A DNA stretch of 64,000 nucleotides from Monocercomonoides exilis PA203 (lineage: Eukaryota > Protista > Preaxostyla): assembly GCA_001643675.2 (NCBI GenBank), contig LSRY02000030.1, positions 682,001 to 746,000 on the forward strand, given 5' to 3'. Made by a program: the position numbers and the translations under genes. Shown here one piece after another: positions 12,925 through 25,703 of this stretch. The notes under the pieces were generated by a model, which saw nothing but the letters and a program-made list of their open reading frames with translations, did no database searches and was not told the origin of the DNA. Numbering within the stretch: position 1 is the first letter of the stretch; each line of letters starts with the position of its first letter.

Positions 12925-14506
12925 TAATAGGAATGCGGATGGAGAGACGATAGGCGGCTGGGTGCGAGGGCGAGACAGAAGTTTGTGGTAAGATGACGAG
13001 AAAAAAGTGCGAGACAGAGAAGGAAAGACCAAAGATTAACCGCCCGAAAAGATTTTTCTTTTCCTGACAACGATGCAGATACACAGGGATGAAGAAATTG
13101 CTCATATCGAGAGCGCACTCCTGACATCGATTGTGAATGATTCGCATAGAAGACATAAGACACTCAATATGCAGTGTGTGATGATTATGATTGCTATGCT
13201 AATACAGAAGAAGAGCGGGAGGCAGAGCGCTGCAAAAGCAGTTTTCTTTTCCACGCCTTGCATGAGCGAGAGTGGTTTTTCTTTCTGCTCCGATCAGAAT
13301 ACTCGCCTCACCGGATCCCTGCACTGACTGCAGGAGAAAGCTCCGAGGGGCAATGTCCCCTGCCCTCTGGTCTTCGTGACTAATGCAAAAAGGTGAAGTC
13401 GGTGGTGAAGTGAAGTGGACAATTCATTATACACTTTTTTATAGTTTAAATGTTTTTGTCTATATTTTCATCTCGCCCTTTTTCCCACGTCATTTGGGAG
13501 GGCGAAGTTTTCACTCAAGCCACTCATAAATCATGATCAATACTCATTTTCTCGGAGCAAAATTTGTCTCTCTGCGTTCTATCAAGAGTTGATTGACATC
13601 TTCCCACAAAATAATGAAAGAAACAAATAACGTTGAGAAAATCCATGAACGATAAATTGAGTTTAATTATGAAATGACATTTTAATTTCCCCAATCTTTA
13701 TATTTGTCAGGACTGGTTGAAAACGGAAAAGAAGAGAAAGAGGAAAAGGGAATGGAGGTAAGTGCAACAATTACAGAGGGATAACAACAATTCAGTTCAG
13801 AGTGGAAGTGTTGCTGCACTTGGTTCATCAATGTGTCCCGCTCCTCAGTAAGATTTTTTATAATCTGTTTGTTCAGTTCTGCTGTTGCCTAAAAAATTGT
13901 TTATAGATAGTAATTTTATATTTGAAAAATAAAATGATTGATACATTTTCTGGAAAATCTGTACTTCAATTATTTGTTTTTGAAAAACTATTTTTTTTTT
14001 TTTTTCAGTCGGAACATATTCAGCTCACTTCAAAGAAGATCCATTTTCTGTTGCTTAAGACAACTTTCTCTTCGTTTGTTAACTTCATTGCCTGTCTTTG
14101 TCGCTCTGTAAATTGTTGAGCATTCTTTGGCTTCGCTGTTGCCTTGCCAATGGGGCTGCGTGCATTGTCTGCCTGATCCGATTAATAAAATACACTCCAA
14201 GTTCTTCTTTCTGAATATTTATTGAAAAGAAAAGGAAACAAACTGAAGTGATGATGGGGAACAAGCAAAACATAAGACACAAAGCCTTTCATCCCAAACA
14301 CAGCCAACTATCGCATTGCTAACATACATATAAACATATAATCAGGAATTTTGAATAAAAAAACAATTGCAAATAAAATGGAAAATCTGTTCAAAAAAGA
14401 TTCAAAAAGACACCACAGCACTCTCAAGCAACAACAACAATATCACTTGTCCAATTTTTTTTTTCTGTTGATAAAATGCACCACATGGCTCGCCTTCTTC
14501 TCTCGC

Positions 14507-17500
14507 TCACTGCACAAGAAGAACAATCCGACTGCTTCCTTCTGTTCCTTCTCCGTTTCCATTCCCACTTCCACAAGAGGGCTCCTTCTTGTTCCCATCT
14601 GCCGAATAGCAGCACAGCGCATCCGTCATCGTCATTATCAACGACCCTGCCGGAAACCGCTGGATGAACTCTCTCTTCAGCTCATTCAGGCTCCCCCGCT
14701 CTCTCCAATCCTGCGACACACACTTCTTCACCAGCCCCAGATAGCTCGACTGCTCCGCCTCTCCCATCCCTGGCCTCTCCCCATTCACAATCTTCTGCCC
14801 AGCCACCTCCCCTTCATACTCCCCAAACGGGAGCTCCAGTGTCAGACACTCCCACAGCATCATCCCGATCGAAAACACAACTGACTCCTTTGTTGCTCCC
14901 ATCTTCTTGTTGATCAGCAGCTCGGGTGCCTTCCATCTCAGACATTCCTTCCTGTTGTATTCATCATCCTCAAACGCTGATGATGGAGGTGGCGACTTGG
15001 TGAATCTCTCGCTCATCACTGAAACATCAGAGGAAGATGTGACCATGGTGGAGCTTGAAGAGACAGATGAACTGTCAGAGTCTGATGAGAAGTCGGAGTG
15101 CAAAACAATGCAGATCACCATGTGTTCTGAGAACAGCACAATGTGCGGAGTGAGATTGGCAAGAGATGAGAGAGGATTCTCCATTTCGTCAAATGAATGG
15201 AGTGCCAGATTGGCCACCCAGAACAGGATTTGGGCAGCTGTCTGCTCCCTCTCCTGCAGAGTCCCAATTGCCATCTCCTTTGTTTTATTTAGCCCATGAA
15301 GCAACATGAACAGCGAATCCCTCAGATCCACAATCAGCTTCTCATGAGGAGACGAACAGGCCATTGCATCCACCAGATTCGACATCGATGAAGTGGTCGG
15401 ACACAGACTCTCTGGTCGAACAAATGTTGAATCTGAATCTGTTGTTGAAGTTGATGAAATTGATGGTGATGGTGTTCTCTTTCTTGTCTCTTCTTCTTCT
15501 TTCTCATCCACTTTCTCCAACATCCATTGAGGGATCTTGTCAGAGTCTCTTCCCAGGATGTATTCAGTCGATCCGCTCTCAGAAAGAAGATGTTCTGATG
15601 ACTCTGAATGTTCCAATGTCTTATCATACACTCTCTTTTTTATCCTCTCTTCGTTCTTCTTCTCTGCCTCTCCCTCTGCTTTCCTCCACTGCTCCTCTGG
15701 TGACATCTCCATCGTCACCATCTCGAATGCCTTCGGATCCTTTCTCACTGTATCATTAACTATCTCCTCCAATTCCTTTGTTCTTCTCTTTTGCTTTCTC
15801 CACCGAACAGCCAGAACAACAGATACAATCAGAACAATCAAAAACAAAACAACAAATATCAGACAAAAAACAGCCCATGATGATTTTCCTTCTTTCCCTC
15901 CTTCAACAATCCTTTCATCTCCTTTTCCAACACTTTCACTCCTGTTCTTCACAATAAATCGCTCTGTTGATGAAGGGGAATCTGCTTTCCCAAACACAAT
16001 CCACACACTCACTTCTGTCTCTTCTCTCACTTTCTCCCATTCTGAACATGAAACAAATGTGTGAATCTCATTCTCTGACACAAACCCATCTTCTTCAATC
16101 CCCTTTCTCACAATCTCCTCTTCATCCCCATTTTTCATGCTCATCTTCACTGACAAATCACATGGCAGAAGCAGCTTTCCCACAATCATCAACTCCACAT
16201 CCCCATTTGGCTGTGTTGTGTTCTTCACATCTTCAAGAATTGGAATAAAGAAGGGGGATCCTCTGTCAGCTGCTATCCCTCCCAATTCGCATCCTTCGTC
16301 CAATATCCAAAGCGATGTGTTTGGCAACAAACAATCTCCCCCTTTCACATTCACAACATCCAATTCTCCATCCCCTTCACAAATCGCATTCCTTCGAGCT
16401 GATGGATATCCCTCAATAGAGGGGTTGTTGTTCTCAAACTTTCCATTTTCAATCTTCACACTCCCTCCACTCACACACAACCCACCTCCCTTGCTCTTCA
16501 TAATCGTTGTTTCCCTCATCTCCGCATTGCTGTTTTCAATATCAACCAATGACCCATTCCATTTGCACAATCCTTCTTTTCTATTGTTTTCTTCATTGAC
16601 TATTTCATCTTTTATTTCTCCATCAAACACACACGCCTCAACCTTCACATTTTTGGAATTTCTAATCTGCATCATGCTTCCCTTATCAACCGAATTCACA
16701 CACTTTTCGAATGAGCTGTTCAGCACACTCACCTCTTGCTCAGCATCTTCCATCCAAATCACACATCCCTCCAACATCACAGTCACATTCTCAACTCCCA
16801 TCTCCTTCATCTCCACTTTCGCTTTCCCTCCAACACTCACAACATCTCCCTCACATTCGATATTCAATATTCTTGTTTCATCAATTGTCACTTCTGATTC
16901 TTCACAAAATGAAAGCACCGATCTTGTTGAATGAATATCTCTGAATGTTGAATCAAATATCCTCAGCTCTCCACTTTCCACGCTCACAACCGAACTGTTC
17001 AACTTCAGTTCATCAGAAAAAGAAAAGAACTCGCATTTTTGGATCTCCATTGACCCGTTCTTCACTTTGATGAGATAACTGTGAGTTGATTCAAATCCAT
17101 CTTCAAACTGGAATGAGCATCTCTCCACTGAACACTCATTCACAAACTCCATCACACAATCCTTCTCACCTGATTTCTCAATCTTGGAGCTCAATCGAAC
17201 AATCCCCTGTGTCTTTTTCAATGAATTCACAACCAGATCCCCAATCACACACTCCTTCCTCACAAACCCTTCCCCATCTATCAGAATCGCATTCATCACC
17301 CCATCCTGGATGTGCTCAACCCCACGGTTGATGCTCACACACGGATTGCTCTGTGCCCCACACCCCCTCCCATCACTCCCTCTCCCACTCACAAACACCT
17401 GTGCCGAATAATAGAATGTGATCAGCGAAATCAGATCAACATCTCCCTCGCTCCAACCATCCCTCCCACAGATCGAGTTGTTCGAGTTCAGTGACTCCTG

Positions 17501-20500
17501 GTTGAAGTTCAGCGCAAACAGTGTTTCGTTGATCTGGCGAGCAATCGAGTGGCATCTGACAAATATGTCTTTCCCCACATGCGCCTCATTCATCACAAAC
17601 AGAATGTTCACAATCTTGAAATTCAGAGGCGGAATCTGACTCTCATTTCCATAATTCGCATGTGGGTCAGACCCATCAATAAACAGCCCTCCTCCACACC
17701 CTGTCTCACTTGAGCACTTGCATATCGAAAACGAGCTCCCATTCACTTTTAACATTGATTCTTCACTCTTCAGCACCACTCTCATTCCCCCTCCTTCAAT
17801 GCTCAAACCACTCTTGCAACTCGACATCGAACACTCATCCACCACACACTCCACTCCATCCTCAAATGATCCCACATCAATTACACTCGCTCCAATCCCT
17901 TCATTCGTGATGTTTGTGAATGAACACCCAACAACCCTCAAAACTGGTTTGTTCCCATTTGAAAACACCTTCTTTTCTCCATTCATCTGGTTTTCCTCTT
18001 CAATCATCGAAATCAGGCTTCTTTCTGTCACTCCAGCAAATGAGATGTTCACATTCTGAAGTGTCACGTCATATGCACTTGGGCTGAATGCAATCAACCC
18101 TTTCAACTCTGAAATCAAACTCAACGAACATCTCTCAATCAATACATTCCCCCCATTCACCCTCATCACACAATATCCAAAACTTTCTGCCACCCCCCTC
18201 CCTGGCCCAAATGAACAATCTGACACTGACAATAATGTGTTTGCTCCAGAGGATTCAATCAACACTGAATGATGGGTTGTGATGGCTGGCTTGGTGAATG
18301 ACACATTCACAAATGACAGACTCACATTCGACGATATCATTGAGCCATCATCCAGTTCATTCTCATCTTCATCACTGATCGTCACTCCTGTCCCTTTCTT
18401 TGTCCCTTCAATCACCACTTTTGGTGACTCTGAAATTGATGATGAAAACGATATGGAATGGCTCAGCAACCCTGATCCCACAATGGCAATATGTGTTTCC
18501 CTTTCTCCAAGTGTTGGACATCGAAGTGATATCAAGTGGTCAATCGATGAGCATGGTGCCTCGGAATACCCACACCCACTGAAGTCTCCTCCTTTCTCTC
18601 GAGAAACAAACCCATTCCCACTCCAGTTCCTCCACAAATACACAACCAGTGGAATCACATATCCCTCCTCCCCTGTCGTCTTCCTCTCCCATCCACACAA
18701 CTCATCCAATGATCCCAACTCCTCTTCCTTTATCTCCCATTTCAGGTGCTCCTCATTCACAATCTCTCTCAGATCCCATCCTGACACAAACACATTCTTC
18801 CCTTTCCACGCATTGCATCCCTCAAATTCCATCCCTTCCATCACAAATGTTCCCATTTGATTGGCAAGTTCAGCAAACATCCCTCCTCCCATTCATCTTC
18901 CTCCTTCCTCAACATCCTCTCTTGGCACTTCACACCCTGAATATTTCACATTATTCATTTCCAAACTCCCTCCCTTCCCCACTGATATCTTCATCCCTCC
19001 CCCTTTCATCCCACTTCCACCTGAACACACTGATGACAAATTGCATTCTTCAATATTCACAACCCCATTCACACCCATCTCCACATTCAAACATCCTCCT
19101 CCTCCTCCAATTCCACCAACAACTTCCACTCCACTCATTCGGCTGTGATTCATCTCCAATTCAACTCCATTCGAAACAACTATTGGCGATTTCCCATTCA
19201 TTCTCACTCCCCCTTCCATCACAAACCCATTCACAACCAACCCTCCTCCCTCGATGCAAATCACATTGAATCCAATCATTTCATCATTTCCAAATGAGAC
19301 TGAACAGCTGGTCATTGTGATGGTTGATGATGAGGAGGAGGAGTGGATAAATGCATTTCTCCTCCCATTCATCTCTTCATTCAATACAAATGTCAAATTG
19401 CACATCTCAAATGATTTTGAATATTCAATAAGGTTGTTTTGGGAAAACGATCCTTCATCTCTCACAATCACCTTAATCCCCTCTTCTTTCCCCGAAACAC
19501 TCACCTCAAATGAAACCACTTTCATTTCATTTTTTATTGACGATTCAGAGACAACTTCAATTTCATTCGCATTGCTGCTCGCTCTCTTCCCAACACAATA
19601 GTCAATCGTCAAACACCCAAACTCCTCAAACCCACAATGGCTCTGATCCAGTGCTCTCTCTCCTCTCCCATCAACTCTCAGCTTTGTTCCAATTGAACAC
19701 AAATACACAAACAGCGGAATCACTTCCCCTTCTCTCCCATCCTCACTCCCACACAAGTTCAACACATCTGTGGGAATCACACCAAAATCAAAAAATGAAA
19801 ATGAACTTCTATTCACTTTTGACTCCAACAACACTCCTCCACCACATTCAACAAACACATCCTTCCCATATTGAGCTTTGTTATCCTCTCCAAACACAAA
19901 CAATCCCTCTCTTCCCGATTCCATTTTCATTGAACCATCTCTGCTCTCCATCACAATCATCATCCCTCCCCCTCTCCCTTCTCTTCTCCCTTCTGAACTC
20001 TCCCCCGAACCCTTCGCCTCACACCCATCAATCACACAACTCCCATTCACAACAACACTCCCTTCCCCTTTCACAACAACACTCATCCCTCCTCCTCTTC
20101 CACCAACACACCTGCACCCCTTCACAACACACGACTCTATCACAATTATCCCATTCTTCCCCTCATCCCCTTCTGCTCCAACCACTCCACTCACCCATCC
20201 TCCATCTCCATTTCTCTTCTCAATGTTGTTCACCTCACACCCACAAAACACAACCGATTCCACCCCTTCACCAAACTCGACCAGTGAATGTTCTCCAAAT
20301 CTCAATGTCTCTGTGATCACCAATCCCTCCACTTTCACTTTTCCCCCAATCACATTCACAAAACAATATCCAATGGAATTCTCTGATGAACAAACAACAG
20401 AACAGTCAGTGAGTGTGAGGAGAATGGAATTGGATGTGATCAGAGATGATGATGATGCACCAGACAGAACAGATGGAATACAGAACTTTATGTTTCTCAT

Positions 20501-23500
20501 TGAACACTTGCTCTGAACCTCAATCAGACAAGATGACTCAAAATTCTCTGGTGTTTTCACCCCAACCTCCATCCCTTTTGTGGCACATGAAATCTCCCAT
20601 TCATGGCCATCTGTCATTCCAACCTCTTCAGCAAGCTCATATCCTGAATCCAATTCGATCTTCTTGTTTGTGTCGGGATATCTCACCTGCGCTGCATGGG
20701 TGATGGTGGCACACGGATAATAGTCAAACCCACAGAACCACGAGTCGTATCCACCCAGCCCATCCTTCCCCTTCCCAACATGTGCTGCATCTGGATATGA
20801 ATCCAAATACACATTCAACGGGAACAGCCCCATTGTTGTGTCACTCCGATCATATCCCACAATCTCATTGTATTTTGAATTGTCATGTTGGATATTCAGC
20901 TTTTCTGTTGTTATTCCCCAGCTCGCTGAATTGCTCCCATTCACAAACACATAATTCCCCCCCAATGAAGCAGAACACCCTGAAAAGTCAACTGACACAA
21001 TCGAGAAGTCAATCGAGTTGTCAGCCAGATACAGCATCATCCCTCCTCCATATTTGCCACTTGTGCATCTCTTGATTGTTGCTGATGTTTCAGCACGAAG
21101 CTTGCTTGTGGGTGACAATAGATCAACCTTGATCCCACCACCACTGCCATTCTCACATTCACAATCTTCGATTGTCACATTCTGAACAATAAATGTCTCC
21201 CCTTCCTTCACACTCTTTGCCACAACCACCCCATCTCCTTCTGCCAACTTCACATTCTTCACTGTTAAGTTCGCCAGCGTGCTCTCTCCAGATGAAGTGG
21301 CTGTCAAAAATAGAGCAGAAGAGGAAGATGAAGAAGAAGATAAAGCAGGTTCAGAGAACAATGATTGAGAAATATTCATATTAATGATCTCCACATCAGC
21401 CATCGACAGCTGCGACAGTGGAACCACAAACACTGAAGACGAAATCACATATTCTCCAGTATTACTCGTGGTGATCACAACATCCTCCAATGAGAGTGAC
21501 CCACCCCCATCAGACACCACAACCACATTTGGAGAAGGGATTAAATTTGAGTTGCAATCAACTTTCATGTGCAATAAACCAAGATGACCTGTTGACACGC
21601 TGAACAGCGCTCCTGTCGATGAAAATGCTCTTATTTCAATCGAACATGTTTCCCTTCCCTTACCAATGACTGAAATCTTCTTTGTTCCGATATCAATTGT
21701 TGTTGTCTCGTTTTGATGATTCCCTTCCGTCAGCGTGATTGTCAAGCTAATCTTAACCTTACACATCTCAACTCCCTTCATCACTGTCAGACATGGATAT
21801 GTCTCATTTGCTCCACATTGCTCATTTGAGTCATTTCCATTCACAGAAACATAAACCGTCTTTTCTATCAGCCAGTCCTTCTTTTCTGTTTGTTTATATG
21901 ACCAGTTGTTATCAGTGTAATTAAATCCATAGCACACTCTATGTTCATTTGCGTTTGTTGTGAAGCATTCAAAGAACGGATTTCCAGAAGAATGAAAAAG
22001 ATCATAGTGCACATAAAACATTACATCATGCCCATATGGAGTGGATGTTGTTCTGCATATGCATTCATGAAAGAAGAGGAAATTTCAATAAATGCCATCA
22101 CTTGGAGCTATTGATTTGTCTGGATACATCCACAATGCCCCTCCATATGAGGATGCTGAGCATGAAAAAAACTGAATGCTTCTCATTTTGAATTGTTCAG
22201 GTGTGTATCTGCAAAAAAGACCTCCTCCATGATTTGTTGAAATTGAGCATAAGGTGAAACGGCAGTCAAACACGCACACACTCTCCCCTTCTCCTTTTTC
22301 ATTTCCAATGCGATCTATTCCTGAAAACTGAAATAATTCAAGATAAAGTCCTCCTCCCCAGCTGATTGCCTTGCAGTTCTCAAAGTTACATAAGCTGATC
22401 CGAGCGCACGATGAAATCGAATAAGCATACAATCCTCCTCCATATTGATTTTGAGCATTGCAAGAGCTGAATGAGTTGTTTTCAATTTTAATCGACTTGA
22501 TTGAACGGCACATGATCCCGCCTCCGCGACTGAATGCAAAACAATTGTTAAACAAACAATGTGAAACAGAGAGCTCTCCGTTTCCAAGATTGTGCATATA
22601 GATGGCACCTCCACTTGACACTCCATCTTCATATGAATAACTTTTTCCAGTTGTCTTCGATCCGTTCCATTCACACCAAGTGAATGAATTCGCTCCATCA
22701 GTTGTTTCGTTCTGTCCCCCTGGATGTTTCTTATCGCTTTCGCTCCCAATGCATTCAACGTTTTTTGTCCTGCAGCAATCAACGAAGGAGGTGTTTGAAA
22801 CAGACAATGAAGCAAAGGGATTGTTGAGAGAATGAACAATCCCTCCATCATACACATCGCAGACTGATGAAAATGAGCAACTGCTCATAAAACATGTGGT
22901 TTGTGTTGACGTTGTTGTTGAAGGTGAACATGCCTCATTTGCTGTTGAAATGTTGAAAAATGTGAGTCTGGAGAGTGATACAAGGGGTATTGATGGTGAA
23001 AAGAAAAATGGGGCTGATGACACACAAAAAGATGAAAAATGAGAAGAACAAACAGAAACAGAACATTTTTCTGAAGACTCTCCTTTTGGGGATTTTGAAG
23101 AGAAAAGAGATGGAAATGTCTCCAAAAACTCATTTGAGTGCGATCTGAGTGAAATATTCTTGAAAACCCCACAACCTCCAGTGAAACAAAATGGAGACAT
23201 TCCGCTCATCAAAAAAAGACCACACTCGTTCAATTCAACGAGACTTTCATCCCCTGCTTTTACAATATTTCTCTCTTCATGTTGAATCAGCCCCAATGAT
23301 TTGAGCTCAATTGAAGAATTAATCAGAACAAAACATCCTTCAATCTCACTTTCTTTATATTTTCTTTCAAGTTTCCTCGTTTCTCCTTTTCCAAAAAAAA
23401 TGCTCATTATTCACAATATTGACTGAATTGTCCTTCCCAAATTGATTGCTTCTTTCATCAAATAGTTTTTGATTATTTTTCTTTGATTTTTCTCGTTTTT

Positions 23501-23723
23501 CATCTTTTTCCATTCCATTTTCATTCCCTTCAACAAACATTTCTAACTTGTTTTTATCTCCATTATTGTCATTTGGAAGGCGATCAGACAAAAAGTTTCC
23601 AGAAAAATCCGTTTTTCTTTCAATCATTGATTTCTCCACCAGATTTGCTTTATCATTTGTGGCACCATTGCACAGGCATCGCACACATATTATGCAAATA
23701 ATGTAACATGTTCCTGACAGCAT
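14507..23723 (-). pseudogene. Giant type-I membrane receptor-like gene: signal peptide, Cys/Gly-rich beta-helix (pectin-lyase-like) repeats, single TM, degenerate kinase-like domain; disrupted
   Basis: Four ORFs lie in series: 23367-23723, 22085-23407, 18893-22021 and 14507-18892. In-frame TGAs at 22085-22087 and 18893-18895; frame change near the T8 run at ~23393-23400. Recurrent GGG(M/L)(Y/F) and CG....PC.TI motifs. TM WAVFCLIFVVLFLIVLIVSVVLAV at ~15806-15877. The C-terminal LRWKAPELL and VFSIGMMLWECLTLELPF motifs are present, but no HRD or DFG is recognisable. Confidence 0.8.
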
Positions 23724-25703
23724 GTGAACTTATCCACACAAAGAAGGCACTTTTCTTTTTTTCCGGATTTCTTCTTTATTAGAATGGGTGCAATAATTAA
23801 AAATTTGAAGAAACATAAATAATTTCCAATTTGAGAATATAGCAAGAAATATTGTTTTATTTATTTTGATGAGTTTTGAATGAGAGAAATTTTCGTTTTC
23901 CTCTGATCATTTGAATAATACGAAATGATTGACTGAAAATGTAAATGTTCTGATATTTTCATTAATACAAAGAGAGAAGTTGTTAAACTCAATCTTATTA
24001 TCTTTTTATTAGTTTTTAATCATCTGAGCCAGTTTTTCATTTTTCAAGTGAAGGGAAAGTTGGAGAAGCGATTTTCTTTTTGGAATTCATTTATCTGAGC
24101 AACAGATGAGGTTTGTGCAGTGAAAGTTTTTTTTTAAGAAACTTTTTATATTTTGTTTTCTGGCAATTGTGTGATTTTTTCATTTGCAGTCATTGGAGGC
24201 ATTTTGGAAGGGTTATTTCTTGATTGTTATTTGCTGAAGCGTTGAATGGCTAAAATGGAACATTCTCGTCCAATGAGATGGAAGGTGTGGAATAGATTTA
24301 TATTAGATGTTTCATTGGGTGTTTTATTCATTCATTTGATTTTATTTTGGAAACAGGATGGAAAGAGATGCAATTTGAGAGAAAATGGAAAATGGTGAAA
24401 GTCCGAAATGACTGAAAATGGATGATTTTGAAAAGAACAAAGGCACTTAAGAAAAGAATGACATTATCAACGAATATCCGTTGAATGTTTGTTTTTCTTG
24501 AATATTTTTATGAAGAATCTCATTGTTTTGTATTTCTATTGTATTTTGGATTGGCATCTTCACATCTGTTTTTGTCTTAATGATATAAAACCACAAGGAA
24601 ATGGAATTCATTTTCTCTGTTTCTTTCAGATTTCTTTTTGGAGATGGTATTTTGAGGAAAAGACAGAAAGGCAGAAAAACTGTGCAGAACGAGGAAATAC
24701 AAAGGGAGGGAAGAGATAACAATGAAAAGGAGAAATGAAGTGGAGGAAAAGCAGTCAATGGGGCTGAACAAGATTTGTGGATATTTTTTGAGGAAGGATC
24801 TGAAGAGGAGAAAGGCAAACAGCAATGATGATGGTATCTTCAAAAAGAAAGAATGCAGCTGCTGAGAAGGATTTATTGTTTACATATTCTATGAACTAAC
24901 CTTCATCAATATCGCCTGAAAGAGGAAAGAAAATGGAACATGCAGATGAATCCTCATATTTACTGATGTGGCAGTATTTTAAAGAAAAGCAATCGAAGAA
25001 GATATTTTTGCTGTGGAATGGTCTCTTCTTCTATCATAACCATTTCTTCAAAAAATGTGCCTTTAGCATCATCAGCCACTTTCTTCCACATTCATCCTCA
25101 ATTTCATCAACAGAGCAGGAAATGCCTCATATTCCTTGACTTTTTCTTCTTATATGTTACTGCAAAGCTGATATTCGTTTATTTTATGGATGACTAATAA
25201 TTACACCATTTTTCGTTCAACGTTTGATGAAGCTGCTGAACCGAATATAAATAACGGTGATTTACTAGCGATGAATGAGCCGAGTGAATAAAAAAAGAAA
25301 AATACCTGTAATTGTTTTTTTTGAAACTATTCAACTTTATTTATTTTTCGCATTCTTATTCAACTTTTTGAAATTATATTTTCTTTAAATAAGAATTGTT
25401 CAGTTTGCTGATAAACTTTTTTTTTCGAATTTGAATTATTTTTGGTGAAACAAATGGAATCATCAACAAATCCATATGAACCTTATTCCTCTCTGAAATA
25501 TTTGGATGATGATTTTCTTTCTTTTCACAATGAATATTAGATCTGTTTCTTATAATGAATTTTTTAACAAAAATTTCAAAAATCAATTTTCTGTATTTTT
25601 TCCAGAAATTAATTTTTAAAATTTTCCATCAACAAAATGATTTCGTTTTCCAGTTGTTGATGAAATTTTTCTGAATTGAGGCCTCATTCCTTCAAAGTTT
25701 ATA

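Larger units (their letters stand above)
8791..13585 (+). mobile_element. Decayed DIRS-like tyrosine-recombinase retrotransposon with inverted terminal repeats and an internal complementary region
   Basis: RNase H-like remnants: LRIDNT (10792-10809) and DTLS../LEETG/DYAL (11025-11066, frameshifted). YR remnants at 11398-12258. 8828-8875 is an inverted match to 13501-13548 (34/48). ICR 12832-12924 is complementary to both 8791-8834 and 13550-13585. Confidence 0.8.

Noticed and set aside
12729-13383. Short GC-richer ORFs on both strands
   Set aside because: They overlap the ICR and 3' region of the DIRS-like element, with no protein motif.
14351-21587. Many plus-strand ORFs overlapping the receptor gene
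   Set aside because: They are antisense shadows of the biased-codon minus-strand gene and show no independent motifs.
18893-22087. TGA reassignment or selenocysteine as a general explanation for the in-frame TGAs
   Set aside because: The two TGAs appear to replace different residues (Gly-like and Cys-like contexts), the same gene ends in TGA at 14507, and it also has a frameshift. Other genes in the window read normally in the standard code.
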